64,000 nucleotides of DNA from Macrostomum lignano (GCA_002269645.1 NIVC01000051.1:310001-374000), one strand, 5' to 3'; counted from the first letter of the stretch, positions 38,365 through 51,610 are shown. Notes: generated by a model not told the origin, from the letters alone. A program made the numbers and translations.

Positions 38365-38738
38365 TGGCGCCCCTTGGTGCTGGCGCCCCTTGGTGCTGGC
38401 GCCCCTTGGTGCTGGCGCCCCTTGGTGCTGGCGCCCCTTGGTGCTGGCGCCCCTTGGTGCTGGCGCCCCTTGGTGCTGGCGCCCCTTGGTGCTGGCGCCC
38501 CTTGGTGCTGGCGCCCCTTGGTGCTGGCGCCCCTTGGTGCTGGCGCCCCTTGGTGCTGGCGCCCCTTGGTGCTGGCGCCCCTTGGTGCTGGCGCCCCTTG
38601 GTGCTGGCGCCCCTTGGTGCTGGCGCCCCTTGGTGCTGGCGCCCCTTGGTGCTGGCGCCCCTTGGTGCTGGCGCCCCTTGGTGCTGGCGCCCCTTGGTGC
38701 TGGCGCCCCTTGGTGCTGGCGCCCCTTGGTGCTGGCGC
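38365..38738. repeat. GC-rich 16-bp minisatellite (GGCGCCCCTTGGTGCT)
   Basis: About 23 perfect copies; source of five overlapping ORFs. Confidence 0.97.
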
Positions 38739-40198
38739 TAGCGAATTCAGGCAATTCGTGCTAACAATTTGCCCATGCCAGCGTACATACGTATGCACAT
38801 TTTATAACTTGACGCTTTACCACAACACTCATTTATTCATTTTGTCAAAGAAATTTAATACAGACAACAAATGCAACTTCAGGTCAGTGGCTCTTCGTGG
38901 AGCGAGAAGGGTAAAGAGGCTTGGGCGAGCAAAAAAACAAACAGAACTCAAACTGTCGGTCGGCAGTGGCACTCGAGGTGCTGCTACTGCAGTGTTGTTG
39001 GCTTTTCATGCCCTCAGTCTAAAGGAACGTTCGAGGGATCGGGGTGAAGTGTACAGTTATAAAAGTCTACTGATACGAGGGAGAACATAGGGGTTGGAAG
39101 GCTGGGTTTAAGCAAGGGCTGGAAGGATAGGGAGCTCTAGAGAGAGTATCTGGAGTGGCAGTCTGTTTTTTCATTACTTCAGGCTAAGGGTGTTCGGGGT
39201 TCGGAGTCGGGTCGGGTTTCGGGTCGGGTTTTCGGGGTTGTCGGGTTCAAAGGAAAAATTTTGCGCTAACAATGACAACTTAAACCCAAGTTGGTAAACA
39301 TTTGGATAAGTGGATGTTAAAGTCAATGCTAAGATCTTAAGAATGAGGAGTCAAATTATAGGGAGGGGAGGAGTGAAGACTTTGCTTGCTGATTGATGAC
39401 TAGAAATAGGAGTTAAGGAGCTAGGACTGCAAATGAGAACGAGAAGTAGACTACTAGAGTACTAGAGGTACCTCAGGACGTTTAACTCCCTTCAGTCGTC
39501 ACTCTTGGAAAAAAGATCATCACGGAAAGCCTGAGATAAAGCGTTCTCCTTTCAGGGAAAGTTCGGGGTCAGGTCGGGTCGGATTTCGGTCCGGGTCAGG
39601 TTTCGGGTTCGGGGTCAGTGTTTCGGGTTCGGGGTTTACATTGATTATAATTCTTTTTTATGGAAACGTTATAATGCAAAAATGCGATCTTTTCCTTAAA
39701 TTAGGAAATTCTATAGTTCAGCAAAATGCCGCTGAAGTAAAGAGATCCAGATTTCTAGCTTGAGGCGTCCATGGCCACTGCGGGCGGACCACGCGGCCTC
39801 GCTGTCCATGCCTGCACAACCAACCAATACCAAACCCCGGAATGTTTTGCCTTTCTCTCCTTACCCGCGTACAATCCACTAATGTACATTAAATGTTCCA
39901 AACAGTTGATGCAGCCCCTCTTCTTCGCGTGGGTTGAGAGTGAATTGGAAAAGAGCGCTTGGAAGGATACTTAGTGTACAGTTCAGAATGAGAAGAGGGC
40001 AAGAGCGGTTTTGCAACTGCCATTCCACCTAAATACGGTTTGATCTGATCGTGCGGGCAACTAGACGACCAGCTAGCGGCACTAAGTCAGCGACAAAGCT
40101 CATTCAGCAAATTATTTTAATATTTTGTCGTTTTTAATTCTGTGTACAATCGACGCAGTTTAGTATCGTGGACTTCTTGGAGTTTCTAAAATTTCTAA

Positions 40199-42366
40199 AT
40201 GGTTCGAATAATGCGTCGCATTATGTACTACGCTCGGCTTGGAAGATCACACTACCGGCTAATGTGGACGCTAATTATATGCGTGCCGATAGTGTACGTG
40301 TTTCTGGAGCTACTCCGGCAGCCGAATCTCATCAAGAAGCGCTTTCATCCGTTGCAAATCAAACAGGACGTTGTGCTCTCTGGGGCCAAGGAGGATACTG
40401 AAAGTCTCTGCATTCTGCCGCCCCTTCAACAGCAGTTAATATCGGCGAGACCGTTGTACACACTGAACTGCACTGCTGCCGAGCCTAACTGGGTCACGTC
40501 CGAGGGCGGCACTTTTCGGATTACGGACGCTACACGCAGCGCATATCCTGACGTCAAGTGCGCCATGGTGCCCGTATTGCGTGACGACGATTTCTCCGTC
40601 TACTACGGTGAAGCTGTCGATGATATATCGACGAATAGGCAACTAATCAACGACTTCTTTGTTGCTAACTGCGCCAGTGAGCAAAGATCGAAGCAGTACC
40701 AACTGTTGCACGCGGGTATAGCGCCAAAGCTATCTAAGGAGGCGCCGTACATCAAACAGAACCAAAAGCCGTTAAGCATAATTCTTTTCGGCCTGGATTC
40801 AGTATCGCGAGAAGCCTGGAAGCGCTACCTGCCAAAGTCGTACGGCTACTTTATTAACGACATTGGCGGCGTCGTGTTCGAAAAATTCAACATCCTAGGT
40901 GACGGCACGACGCCAAATCTGCTGCCAATGCTGACTGGCCATCTGGAGAGCGAACTGTACGAATCGCGTCGGGGTTTTAACAATTCGAAACCCGTCGACG
41001 ATTATCCGTGGATCTGGCGCGACCTGGCGGCTAAGAACTACACAACCCAGTTTGGCGAGGACGGTTCTAAATACGGCACTTTCCAGTACCGACTGCTGGG
41101 CTTTAAGAAGCAGCCTACTGATCACTATATGCGACCATTCTATCTGAAGCTTGATGAACTCTATCCGCACCGGAAGTACGGCTGCCTGGGCTCTAAGCCG
41201 CTTCATCAAGTGAAAATCGATTGGCAGAAGGACTTCCTGGACGTGTATCGGAACCGCAAGAAGTTTACCTTTGTGTTTCACTCCGAGTTGAGCCACGAAG
41301 ACAACTATTACCTAAGCCCGATGGACGCCGATCTATTGGCTTATCTGCGCTATCTGAAAGAATCTAAACACCTGGATGATTCCATACTGATACTTATGTC
41401 CGACCATGGCCACCGTTATGCCAAGACGCGATCAACGCTTCAAGGAAAATATGAAGAGCGCCTGCCCTTTCTAGGCATAGCCTTACCCAAGCGTCTGAAA
41501 GACGCTCATCCTATAGAGACCAAACAGCTAATAAAAAATCAAAATCGCCTGATTACACCGCTTGATTTGCACGCAACGATGCGGCATGCTGCCGAATTTT
41601 TTACGCCCCAGCCGCCGCCGCAGCATCAGGAGAACACAAAGACCACTAGTAAACGCGAGGCCGGCGTCAGCCTTTTTACGCCAATTTCAGAGAAGCGCAA
41701 TTGCGCTCAAATAGGCATCGAAGCGCATTGGTGCGCTTGCCTTGCCTGGCAGTCGCTCAGTCCGTTGGGCACTAACGTCAAAACGATTGGTTATTACGTT
41801 GTAGCGCAGTTCAATGCGCAAACTGAGAAGCATCGAGATCAATGCGCCGAGTTGACCTTCTCCAAGCTGCTTGCCGTGGATGGATACGCACCATCGACTA
41901 AGATTCTCTCCTTCAAGGTAGGTAAAATTTTTAAGGAAGAAATCAGGATCGTATTACGCGTATAGCAGAGGGAAGAGATAGAATCAATTTAGGGCAGGAA
42001 GTGATGCTCTACTCTCGACTGCAGGCAAAAATCAACACCCGACACTATTTGTTACAGGCAAGCGCAGACGCGGACGGTAGAAATCCGGACTTCTCGGACA
42101 CGATGTCGGCCGGCTATCGACTATATCGGCTCACAATTGAGACGCTGCCTAATCATGGCCACTACGAGGTGACGGTGCAAGAGGACATTGCTAGTCACCG
42201 ACTGAGCATGGATATAAATAGTGTTAGTCGGGTGAACGCCTATCGTCAACAAGCCGCCTGTCTAGGTGATAAGTTGCCTCATCTAAGAGCGCTTTGCTAT
42301 TGTCTGCATCAGAAATCGGAAGAGCAGAAAGCTGTAAAGTCGGGTTCCGGAGCTTCTATCAAGTAG
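40199..42366 (+). CDS. DUF229-family protein (alkaline phosphatase/sulfatase superfamily), N-terminal membrane anchor, 2 exons, about 675 aa
   Basis: Exons 40199-41917 and 42058-42366 (phase 0). Hydrophobic WTLIICVPIVYVFL, GLDSVSR, GDGTTPNL, SELSHED, MSDHGHR, EERLP, HWCAC. Confidence 0.88.
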
Positions 42367-42387
42367 AAGCTACCAACGAAGCTGGGC

Positions 42388-42721
42388 CAGGGGTCGGCAA
42401 ACTCCGGCTCACGGGTCACCTGCGGGCGAAGCCTCTCTATCCGGCCCCCGGGTCCTTTGAAACTTTTTGTGTTTGTGTCTCTTCTCGGCTCTCTTACCTC
42501 CTCTCTCCCCTCATATTCTTTTCTATCTCTTCTTTCAATTCTCATCCTTATCTATATTCTTAGCTTCTCTCTCTTCTCTCATCCTCATATCTCATATCTC
42601 ATATATCCTTTCTCATCTACTCTCTCTTTCCTCATCTCTCCTATATTACCTCTATATTACTCTCGTGGCATTAGCTAGGTTCTTTATCCGGCCCTGAAGG
42701 TAAAAAGTTTGCCGACCCCTG
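42388..42721. mobile_element. hAT-type MITE, 334 bp
   Basis: TIRs CAGGGGTCGGCAAACT / AGTTTGCCGACCCCTG; 8-bp TSD AGCTGGGC / AGCTAGGC (7 of 8 match). Confidence 0.85.
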
Positions 42722-44099
42722 AGCTAGGCCCTTATTTGCATGCATATGTTTGATACACTCTCGCACTATCTCTAGCAACCGATCGCGTTTTGTAAATGGA
42801 TTGTTAACAGCCACATGCTAGTAGATTTTTTTACTCTCTGAATTGTTGATTATGCTCTAAATACCATTTCATGTTTCGAGGTTTATTGGTAATCTATTGT
42901 ATTTCTAAGGGGTCACACTGCTGCGATGTCTAGACACTGCATGTATTCTCTAGGAATGTGATTTAGTAGAATAATCTAATCACGAGAAATGTTGAACTTC
43001 ATTGTCTGGGGGTTTCGTAACACCTAAATAGCTCGTACTTCATATCACCTAAAGGATATCTGCTTTCATAGCGCCTAAACTTCACCTGTGTTAAGATAGA
43101 GAAGGAAGTATAAAAGGTTCAATTTAGCAAACAAAACAATTTAAATGTGCTCCTACGCATTACTATTCGTTTTATTTCTGTTTTGTCTCGTCTATTTTCG
43201 GTTGTCTATAAAGTTTCTTACTACATATTTAGTGACTGATTGGTTATTTGATTTTTAAGATTGCATTTTGCATTTCTTGTTCAGTGTAGAGTTGCATATA
43301 TTTATACAGTAATAATCCATATTTGATAGTAAATTACTGCTATGATAGCAATAGTTAGCAGCACTTTTATCTGATATCTATACATTAAGCGGATGGAAAC
43401 CTGTTAATATCTTTATGAATCCATTCTATGATTCTAATTATAAATTTATGATTATGAAATTATAGACACCTTGGAACAATGAGATCCTGAATATTAATTT
43501 TATTTATTGCTATTCTGTTGAAAATGACCAGTTCTTCAACGAATTATGCTTTTCCTGGATACCCACTGTTTTAAATGATTTTTGAAAAGAAATTCGATTG
43601 CCACCTGGCAGAAATACATACATGAGATAAGTTTTCATTTTTTCAACGTTCCTTCGTAAATGCAAAGTACTGAAGAACTTGGCTACTATTAGTAGCTAAG
43701 CTAGTTGAAGTTCTTAACTTTCAATGTATTTTACGTATTTTAACAACGGACGGTTTGTTAGCCGATCTTTGCTAGCCGAAAATCGCTAGCGAGAAATTTG
43801 CTACAAGGAATTTTGCTTACAAAGTTTCGTATCGCAGGCTCTTTCCCTGTTCTCACCCGACCAACACCTCAAAAAGTTTGCCTATACAACTGTCTATTGT
43901 GGCGGCCACAGACAGAAGCTAGCTAGGACTTGCTATTCTCTATGTATGCATGGCCACTCAGACTGTTTGCGCATCGCGCTGTTTTGTTTGCGTGCCTATG
44001 GCAGATGAAAAATATCTGACTTTTTTCTCTTCTCGCTTGCTCGGTCGTAAAACGAGCCGCTAAATTGGTTAGCCCGACTTTTCTCAAATCGTGAGTTGA

Positions 44100-45600
44100 G
44101 AATGCCAGAGCACACAGCAACAGCGCTAACACAGTTGATGCAGCTGCCGATGTCACAGAGCACGAACCTGTCATCGCTACTGGCATCAGCACAACAGCCA
44201 GCGTTTTTAACGATGCGAGCAGCAACACAACTGTCAGCGCAGTAGCGCTCAAGCTGCCTCCATTTTAGGCCTCCCAGCCCCGAGCATGGTTTATCCAAGC
44301 CGAGGCTCAGTTTACACGTAGGGGCGCCACGCAGGACTCGACCAAATGCTACTATCAGCTGGTCGCAGCGCTAGACCACCAGTTCGCAGAACGTTTCTTG
44401 GATGTTCTTGAGGACCCCCCTACTGAAAACAAGTACGCATGGCAGTTGAAGGCTTGCCTGCTTGGCACTTTCGGTTTATCGAGGCAACAACGGGCCAATC
44501 GATTGCTCAACATAACCGGCCGATCCTCGTCCGTCTGAGCTAATGAACGAAATGCTGGCGCTGCTGGGCGACAACTCACCCAGCATGCTTTTTGAAGTAT
44601 TGTTCCGTCAGCAGCAGCTACCGGCCGACATCCGCATGGCGTTGGTCTCCGCGAATTTCAAGGAGCCCCGATCGGTGGCACTGCTCGTCGACAAGCTCTG
44701 GGCTAGTCGACCCCAGCCAGGGATTGCGTTGGTTCACCAGCCTGTGGTCGCGGCCGCCCGTGAGAGTCGTGTCAACCGTTTCGATAGGGGTGAGCTACCA
44801 CAGGGGTGAAGCCAGCGGTCTTTGCTTTTTCTCAAGAAGTTCGGCGCGAAGGCCAGGCGATGCGAAGCCCCGTGTAGGTTTCAGGGAAACGGGGCAGGCC
44901 AGCCGTCAGTGAACAGCTCGGCGGCCGGCAGCAGCAGTCTACTCCTTGTCCCGGATCTCTGCAGACAGGCCGGCGTTTCCGTGTTGACACCGGTGCCGAA
45001 GTCAACATCTTTCCGATCACCGCGGAGCAGCCCAAATGCAGCGCCAAGGCCCACCGCTCAACGCAGCCAACGGTTGTCAAATCCGAACTTTTGGCACCGG
45101 CCCACCAGTTCACTCTGGACCTAGGCATCCGGCGTTGCTCTTGCCTATTCATTCTGGCTGCGGTTCAGCGACCGTTGATCGGCGCGGGTTTTCTCCGGCA
45201 TCATGGCCTGCTATGGACCTGCCGCATCGGCGTCTGCTCAATGCTCGCGTGCACCTGATTGACAGCACGGGGCCGGGCCTGTAGCTCACCGCAGCCGCCG
45301 CTGCGGACCCGTACAGCCTTGGTCAGCGCAAGAAAGCAGCGCTACCTGGCCTATGTGTCCGAATTCAGCACGATTGTCCAACATGTGGCAGGCAAGGACA
45401 ACGCAGCAGCGGACGCGCTCTCCCGTTGCACGGTGGCTTCTGTTCAGCCCCAGTTGCTCCCTGGCGTTGATTTCATGGGAATGGCCAAGGCGCAGCAGGC
45501 GGATCCAACAAACCAGACCAGCAGCAGTCTCAGCTAGCGCAGGTGCGATTTGGTCCCGGGTTGGATTTGTTGTGTGACAACTCCACCGTCCGGCCGTGGC
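44100..45600 (+). mobile_element. Decayed, internally deleted Ty3/Gypsy LTR retrotransposon (gag, protease, end of RNase H)
   Basis: VALKLPPF*ASQPRAWFIQAEAQF (gag with stop), ELMNEMLALLG, LCFFLKKFGAKARRCEAPC (decayed knuckle), VDTGAEV at about 44983 (aspartic protease), then directly QRYLAYVSEFSTIVQHVAGKDNAAADALSR. Stops and frameshifts present. Confidence 0.85.
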
Positions 45601-45765
45601 CACTCGGCCGTGGCCAATTGTCACTTGTAATTTTTCTGACAAATGACTTCATGAAATCCACCGCAGGTGGCAATTTTTCTAGCAATGTTTAAAACTGGGT
45701 TGTTTCATTAACTCGAAATAGTTTCACGTCGTCAACCTAAAGAGGAATCTTGTGAAGTTTTAAAG

Positions 45766-46496
45766 CAGGGATCGGCAAACTCGACCGGACGGCAAAGCCT
45801 CTCTACGCTCGTATCCGGCGCACGGGTCTTTGAAACTTTACATTGGCAATCCGGCCCACTCAAGGCTTGTGTCTCTTCTCATCCCTCTTATCTCTAATCT
45901 CCTCTCTTTTCTCTCTTCTCTTCGATCTACTCTTCTCTCCTATTCTATATCTCCTATCTTCATAGATATGGATATTATGATATGGATTTTCGGCATGATA
46001 TGGATTTTATGGTGGGTGGGGGGAACAAAGGGCAGAATTCTACACGTACATGTACATTGTTTTCAGAATTAGTATTGCCAGCGCTCATTTTGGTGCCGCA
46101 GGCACTCATTTTAGCGCCGCATGCACTCATTTTAGCGCCGCATGCACTCATTTTAGCGCTCCAGGCACTCATTTTAGCGCTGCAGGCACTCATTTTAGCG
46201 CCGCTGGTACTCATTTTAGCGCCTCAGGCACTGTGTTTTGTCGCCCTGAAGCAAAACTATTGATTTCCACAACGGGTCACAAGGTCGGGTGGATGACAAA
46301 GCATTGGCATGTCCCTCCCATAGCTTACTATATAGCAGGTCCCCCACGGTGGCGACGCCTCTCTTCTTTATTCTCTCGCCTCTCCTTTCTCCTATCTCTT
46401 TTATCTCTTCTCTATTCCCTCTCCTCTCCCCTCCAGCGCAGTCATGCCCTAGGTTCTCTACCTAAACATTGAGGTAAAAAACTTTGCCGACCCCTG
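45766..46496. mobile_element. hAT-type MITE, same family as 42388-42721, enlarged to 731 bp by a nested repeat
   Basis: TIRs CAGGGATCGGCAAAC / TTTGCCGACCCCTG; perfect 8-bp TSD TTTTAAAG; shared internal GAAGCCTCTCTA...TTTGAAACTTT...GTGTCTCTTCTC. Confidence 0.85.
46075..46230. repeat. 21-bp minisatellite (GCACTCATTTTAGCGCCGCA(G/T)) inside the nested element
   Basis: About 7 copies. Confidence 0.85.
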
Positions 46497-46806
46497 TTTT
46501 AAAGGTTGAATGAAATATTCGAGCTTGTGAAAGCAGATCTTGACAAACAGCCAATGAAACTTATAATATTGTCGATAATTTTATGTCGTAGAGGACAACA
46601 AAGTATATTCATAAACGAGTAGGATAATGCTCAACAAAATATTATTTATTGTATTACATTGAATTGATGGCGGCTTAAAGCGTTGCGATATGATGAATAT
46701 TCACAACAAACAGCGGCATACATAGATAAGACAGACAGTAACGATTAATTAGTATTCAATGTACGACACTAAGTCACTGGTTATAACAACAGTCTGCCAA
46801 CAATTG

Positions 46807-47058
46807 TCACTCCGAGCAATGACAGTTGTTCCTTTTGCAACACTCGCCACCGGGTGTGCAGCCTGTGCCGCATTTGCAAGCCTTATCCGACGCAGCAGTA
46901 GCAGCAGCGTTCTTGGCTCCACCGCAGCAGCCGCCGACGCTGGTAGCGGCTTCCGACTTCGCCAAGCATCCGCAGCCGTTCTTTTTGCAGCAATCGCCAC
47001 CGGGTGTGCAATTGGGGCCGCATTTGCAATTTTGGCTACTACACGATTTACAGTCCAT
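46807..47058 (-). CDS. Metallothionein-like protein, 83 aa, 18 Cys, intronless, two homologous domains
   Basis: ATG at 47058: MDCKSCSSQNCKCGPNCTPGGDCCKKNGCGC - Ala/Gly linker with CC - ACKCGTGCTPGGECCKRNNCHCSE. CxC/CC motifs, no aromatic residues. Confidence 0.85.
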   Translation of the reverse strand: MDCKSCSSQNCKCGPNCTPGGDCCKKNGCGCLAKSEAATSVGGCCGGAKNAAATAASDKACKCGTGCTPGGECCKRNNCHCSE

Positions 47059-47462
47059 CTTCAACTTCGGTAGCGAGTCAGCGAGTGAGCGAGAAAATTG
47101 TCTGGATTGGATCAAATTTTAAATTTATTTAAATCGATCCGTCGGAGCTCTAGCTAACAATGATAAATAGAGGTTACAGAAGGGCTGTTTTAAAGACAAG
47201 AAGTTGAGGAGGGACCTTTCTTGAAAGAATTAGCATCTCGCGGAGTGCTAAAAATAAACGCCACTCCTCTGCCCTCAAGTGTACATTGGAGCGAGTAAAG
47301 AATTGGGGGGTGTGAATTAGGGGGGACGGGTGGCAGGCGGCTACGGCGGGAATAGAGGTCACGTGATTTAGTTCCACAGGCCAGACCACGGGCCTTTAGC
47401 TGACCAATAACTATGGGCTTGTCGCTTTCTCGTCTCTAACCATGGGAGTTCATATGTACAAT

Positions 47463-47469
47463 TGCACAC
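47463..47469 (+). promoter_or_regulatory. Possible metal-response element core (TGCRCNC) about 400 bp upstream of the metallothionein ATG
   Basis: TGCACAC; a CACGTG E-box lies at about 47360. A single 7-mer is weak evidence. Confidence 0.25.
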
Positions 47470-48286
47470 TCACTACTGGAACGAACTAGATAGACTTCAG
47501 GTTGTACATGTCTACGCGCCTACGCGCTTCTAATGCTCTCGCGCTCTGTACATTGCGCGATTAATTCTCTCAACTTGGGCTTCAGAGCCTCTCTCCGCCC
47601 TCGAATCGATCGATTTTGTCTTCCTCTCTTCCTCTCCCGTCCCCGTTCAAACTACTCTCGAAAGGCGAAGAAACATAAGGATTCTAGACTCTAGAGAATG
47701 AGAAGTTAATTAGAATGTAAAGAAGCCTCCATCTGCAAGTGGCAGCCCACAAACGTAGCTATTAGTGGCTAGTGCCATTGCTGAAATGTAGTTAAAAAAT
47801 AAAGCTAGCCTTCATTTTTGTGCAACAAGTATTGCATTGAGCATTGAGAATTGTGTTGAGTATTCATATCCCATGTACGAGTATATTTAGTCGGCGTTTA
47901 AAACAAAAATAAAGTTGATTTTTATTCGACTGCGCTTCTGGACAAGAGAGACATCAATTTCTTTTGATGAGATCATTAACAAAAAAGGGCCTGTCAATTT
48001 AAAAAGTGGAGCCCGAGTAACCTATGTATGTACACAAATGATACGTCATTCTGCTCACAGGGTGTCAGGGACACCAGAAAGCTGGGCTTGGCAAAAAAGT
48101 GACAAAAGTTGGACTTGCGATAACGGAGAACACCAAAGAGGATAATTGGGAATATTATGTCAACTTAAGCTCATATAAAGTAGAGTTCCTAATTATTCAC
48201 TTGCTTATTCTCTTCTATACCAAGTCCAACTTATGTCACTTTTTTTGCCAAGCTCAGCTTCCTGGTGTCACTGTGAGCACCCTCAG

Positions 48287-48480
48287 ATTGGCGAACCTAG
48301 CTATCCCCAGATTGGCGCCCTAGCTATCCCCAGATTGGCGCCCTAGCTATCCCCAGATTGGCGCCCTAGCTATCCCCAGATTGGCACCCCTAGCTATCCC
48401 CAGATTGGCGCCCTAGCTTACACCCCAGATTGGCGCCCTAGCTACCCCCAGATTGGCGCCCTAGCTTACACCCCAGGTTG
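48287..48480. repeat. 23-bp minisatellite (CTATCCCCAGATTGGCGCCCTAG)
   Basis: About 8 copies. Confidence 0.9.
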
Positions 48481-48849
48481 GCGTAGACTGGCGCTCCTAA
48501 GCTCGTAGATACCAATCAGATTTTAACCACCCAGAAACATTATGCACAGCGTACTATTGATAGTAGGCAGCTACCGTTTTATGCTCTTAATAAATAAAGT
48601 AAAATATCGATAAAATGCATATGATAGGCCTAGCTCGTGTATACCATAGGTCATTGTGCATTTTATTCGTATGGCTGAAAACTGGAATATTTGGTGACGC
48701 ATTTGTGCGTTTGAAACGATACAAAAATTAACAGAAAAAATGCCATGATTTCCTGCGAAGCTACTTACACTCGTCTTATAATTGGCTAATCCAAGTTGAA
48801 CTACTTGCTACTGGAGTGATTGTACTAGCGAAACTAAAGAGAAACAGGC

Positions 48850-50500
48850 TCTCTCTTCGATCCCTCTCTCTTCGATCTATCACCCTCTCTCCCCGATCTA
48901 TCAACCTCTCTCCCTGATCTATCTCCCTCTCTCCCCGATATATCTCCCTCTCTCTTCAATCTATCTCGCTCTCTCCCCCGATCTATCTCCCTCTCTCCCC
49001 GATCTATCTCGCTCTCTCCCCCGATCTATCTCCCTCTCTCCCCGATCTATCTCGCTCTCTCCCCGATCTATCTCCCTCTCTCCCCGATCTATCTCCCTCT
49101 CTCCCCGATCTATCTCCCTCTCTCCCCGATCTATCTCCCTCTCTCTTCGATCTATCTCCCCCTCTCCCCGATCTATCTCCCTCTCTCCCCGATCTATCTC
49201 CCTCTCTCCCCGATCTATCTCCCTCTCTCCCCGATCTATCTCCCCCTCTCCCGATCTATCTCCCTCTCTCCCCGATATATCTCCCTCTCTCTTCAATCTA
49301 TCTCGCTCTCTCCCCCGATCTATCTCCCTCTCTCCCCGATCTATCTCCCTCTCTCCCCGATCTATCTCCCTCTCTCCCCGATCTATCTCGCTCTCTCCCC
49401 CGATCTATCTCCCTCTCTCCCCGATCTATCTCGCTCTCTCCCCGATCTATCTCCCTCTCTCCCCGATCTATCTCGCTCTCTCCCCCGATCTATCTCCCTC
49501 TCTCCCCGATCTATCTCGCTCTCTCCCCCGATCTATCTCCCTCTCTCCCCGATATATCTCCCTCTCTCTTCAATCTATCTCGCTCTCTCCCCCGATCTAT
49601 CTCCCTCTCTCCCCGATCTATCTCGCTCTCTCCCCCGATCTATCTCCCTCTCTCCCCGATCTATCTCGCTCTCTCCCCCGATCTATCTCCCTCTCTCCCC
49701 GATCTATCTCCCTCTCTCCCCGATCTATCTCCCTCTCTCCCCGATCTATCTCCCTCTCTCTTCGATCTATCTCCCCTCTCCCCGATCTATCTCCCTCTCT
49801 CCCCGATCTATCTCCCTCTCTCCCCGATCTATCTCCCTCTCTCCCCGATCTATCTCCCCCTCTCCCGATCTATCTCCCTCTCTCCCCGATATATCTCCCT
49901 CTCTCTTCAATCTATCTCGCTCTCTCCCCCGATCTATCTCCCTCTCTCCCCGATCTATCTCCCTCTCTCCCCGATCTATCTCCCTCTCTCCCCGATCTAT
50001 CTCCCTCTCTCCCCGATCTATCTCCCTCTCTCCCCGATCTATCTCCCTCTCTCCCCGATCTATCTCCCTCTCTCCCCGATCTATCTCCCTCTCTCCCCGA
50101 TCTATCTCCCTCTCTCCCCGATCTATCTCCCTCTCTCTTCGATCTATCTCCCCCTCTCCCCGATCTATCTCCCTCTCTCCCCGATCTATCTCCCTCTCTC
50201 CCCGATCTATCTCCCTCTCTCCCCGATCTATCTCCCCCTCTCCCGATCTATCTCCCTCTCTCCCCGATATATCTCCCTCTCTCTTCAATCTATCTCGCTC
50301 TCTCCCCGATCTATCTCCCTCTCTCCCCGATCTATCTCCCTCTCTCCCCGATCTATCTCCCTCTCTCCCCGATCTATCTCCCCCTCTCCCCGATCTATCT
50401 CCCTCTCTCTTCGATCTATCTCCCTCTCCCTCGATCTATCAACCTCTCTCCCCGATCTATCTCCCTCTCTCTTCAATCTATCTCCCTCTCTCTCCGATCC
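48850..50500. repeat. Pyrimidine-rich 21-bp minisatellite (CCCCGATCTATCTCCCTCTCT)
   Basis: About 75-80 copies with recurring variant blocks. Confidence 0.96.
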
Positions 50501-51269
50501 AGCGTGTCCCCTTTCCTGTAACCCACTTCGCCCCTTCTTCCTCTTCAATTAATCTCTAATTTCCCCCTGACCTGCCTCATCTGCAACTCGCTCACTCAGT
50601 TCCTGATTAAGTGAAATGTAAAATCCAATGTCGGACCTATCGATAATTAGATTTTGAGTCCGAATGGCGCCCCTATCAGTGCCGTTAAGTATAAAACTCG
50701 AACAAAGTTGCTTCTCAAGGCAATTTCCGAATCCAGATGCCTGAATTTCTAGCTGTTGATTTGATTCACTATTTTTATAGAAGTCACGTGACCTAATATA
50801 TCAATATATCCGGCTGGTGACAATTTAACTGCTGAAGATGGGAATCAGCCAAAAGGAAACAAATAGGACTTCCTGTTGCGGACTCAATATCCGCTTAGAG
50901 GGGACCTACCGGGTCTACCCTCTACGGCTCGCAATTTCCCGCACAAGACCAAGACAGGGAAGTGTTTCCGCGTTGGCTGTCTCTCGGATAAGCAGAAATT
51001 GAAAATACTTCTGCTTTCTTCGTCTTCTTCTTCTTCTACCGAAAAATGTGAAAAGCCAAGTCATGCCATTTTTAGCTTGCTTGAAATTGAAGAAATTGAA
51101 AATTAAAGAAAATATCCAAAAAGTTAGTTACGCTACATATCGGTGGATTGATCACGCAGTACAAAATATGCTTATGTAGCAGATAGGAAGCGAATTTCTC
51201 ACGTTAATGGGAAGAATTTCTGGCATGAAGACTGGGGAATTCTCCATTTATGATTGCGGGAATTCTCAT

Positions 51270-51610
51270 ACAATGAATGGAGAATTCTCATATGATGAAT
51301 GGGGAATTCTCATATGATGAATGGGGAATTATCATATGATGAATGGGGAATTCTCATACGATGAATTATGAATTATCATATGATGAATGGGGAATTCTCA
51401 TATGATGAATGATGAATTATCATATGATGAATGGAGAATTCTCATATGCTGAATGGGGAATTCTCATATGATGAATGGAGAATTCTCATATGATGAATTA
51501 TGAATTATCATATGATGAATGGGGAATTCTCATATGATGAATGGGGAATTCTCATATGATGAATGGGGAATTCTCATATGATGAATGGGGAATTCTCATA
51601 TGATGAATTC
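51270..51610. repeat. 22-bp minisatellite (GATGAATGGGGAATTCTCATAT)
   Basis: About 15 copies. Confidence 0.93.

Noticed and set aside
38347-39090. Five overlapping ORFs
   Set aside because: All come from the 16-bp repeat.
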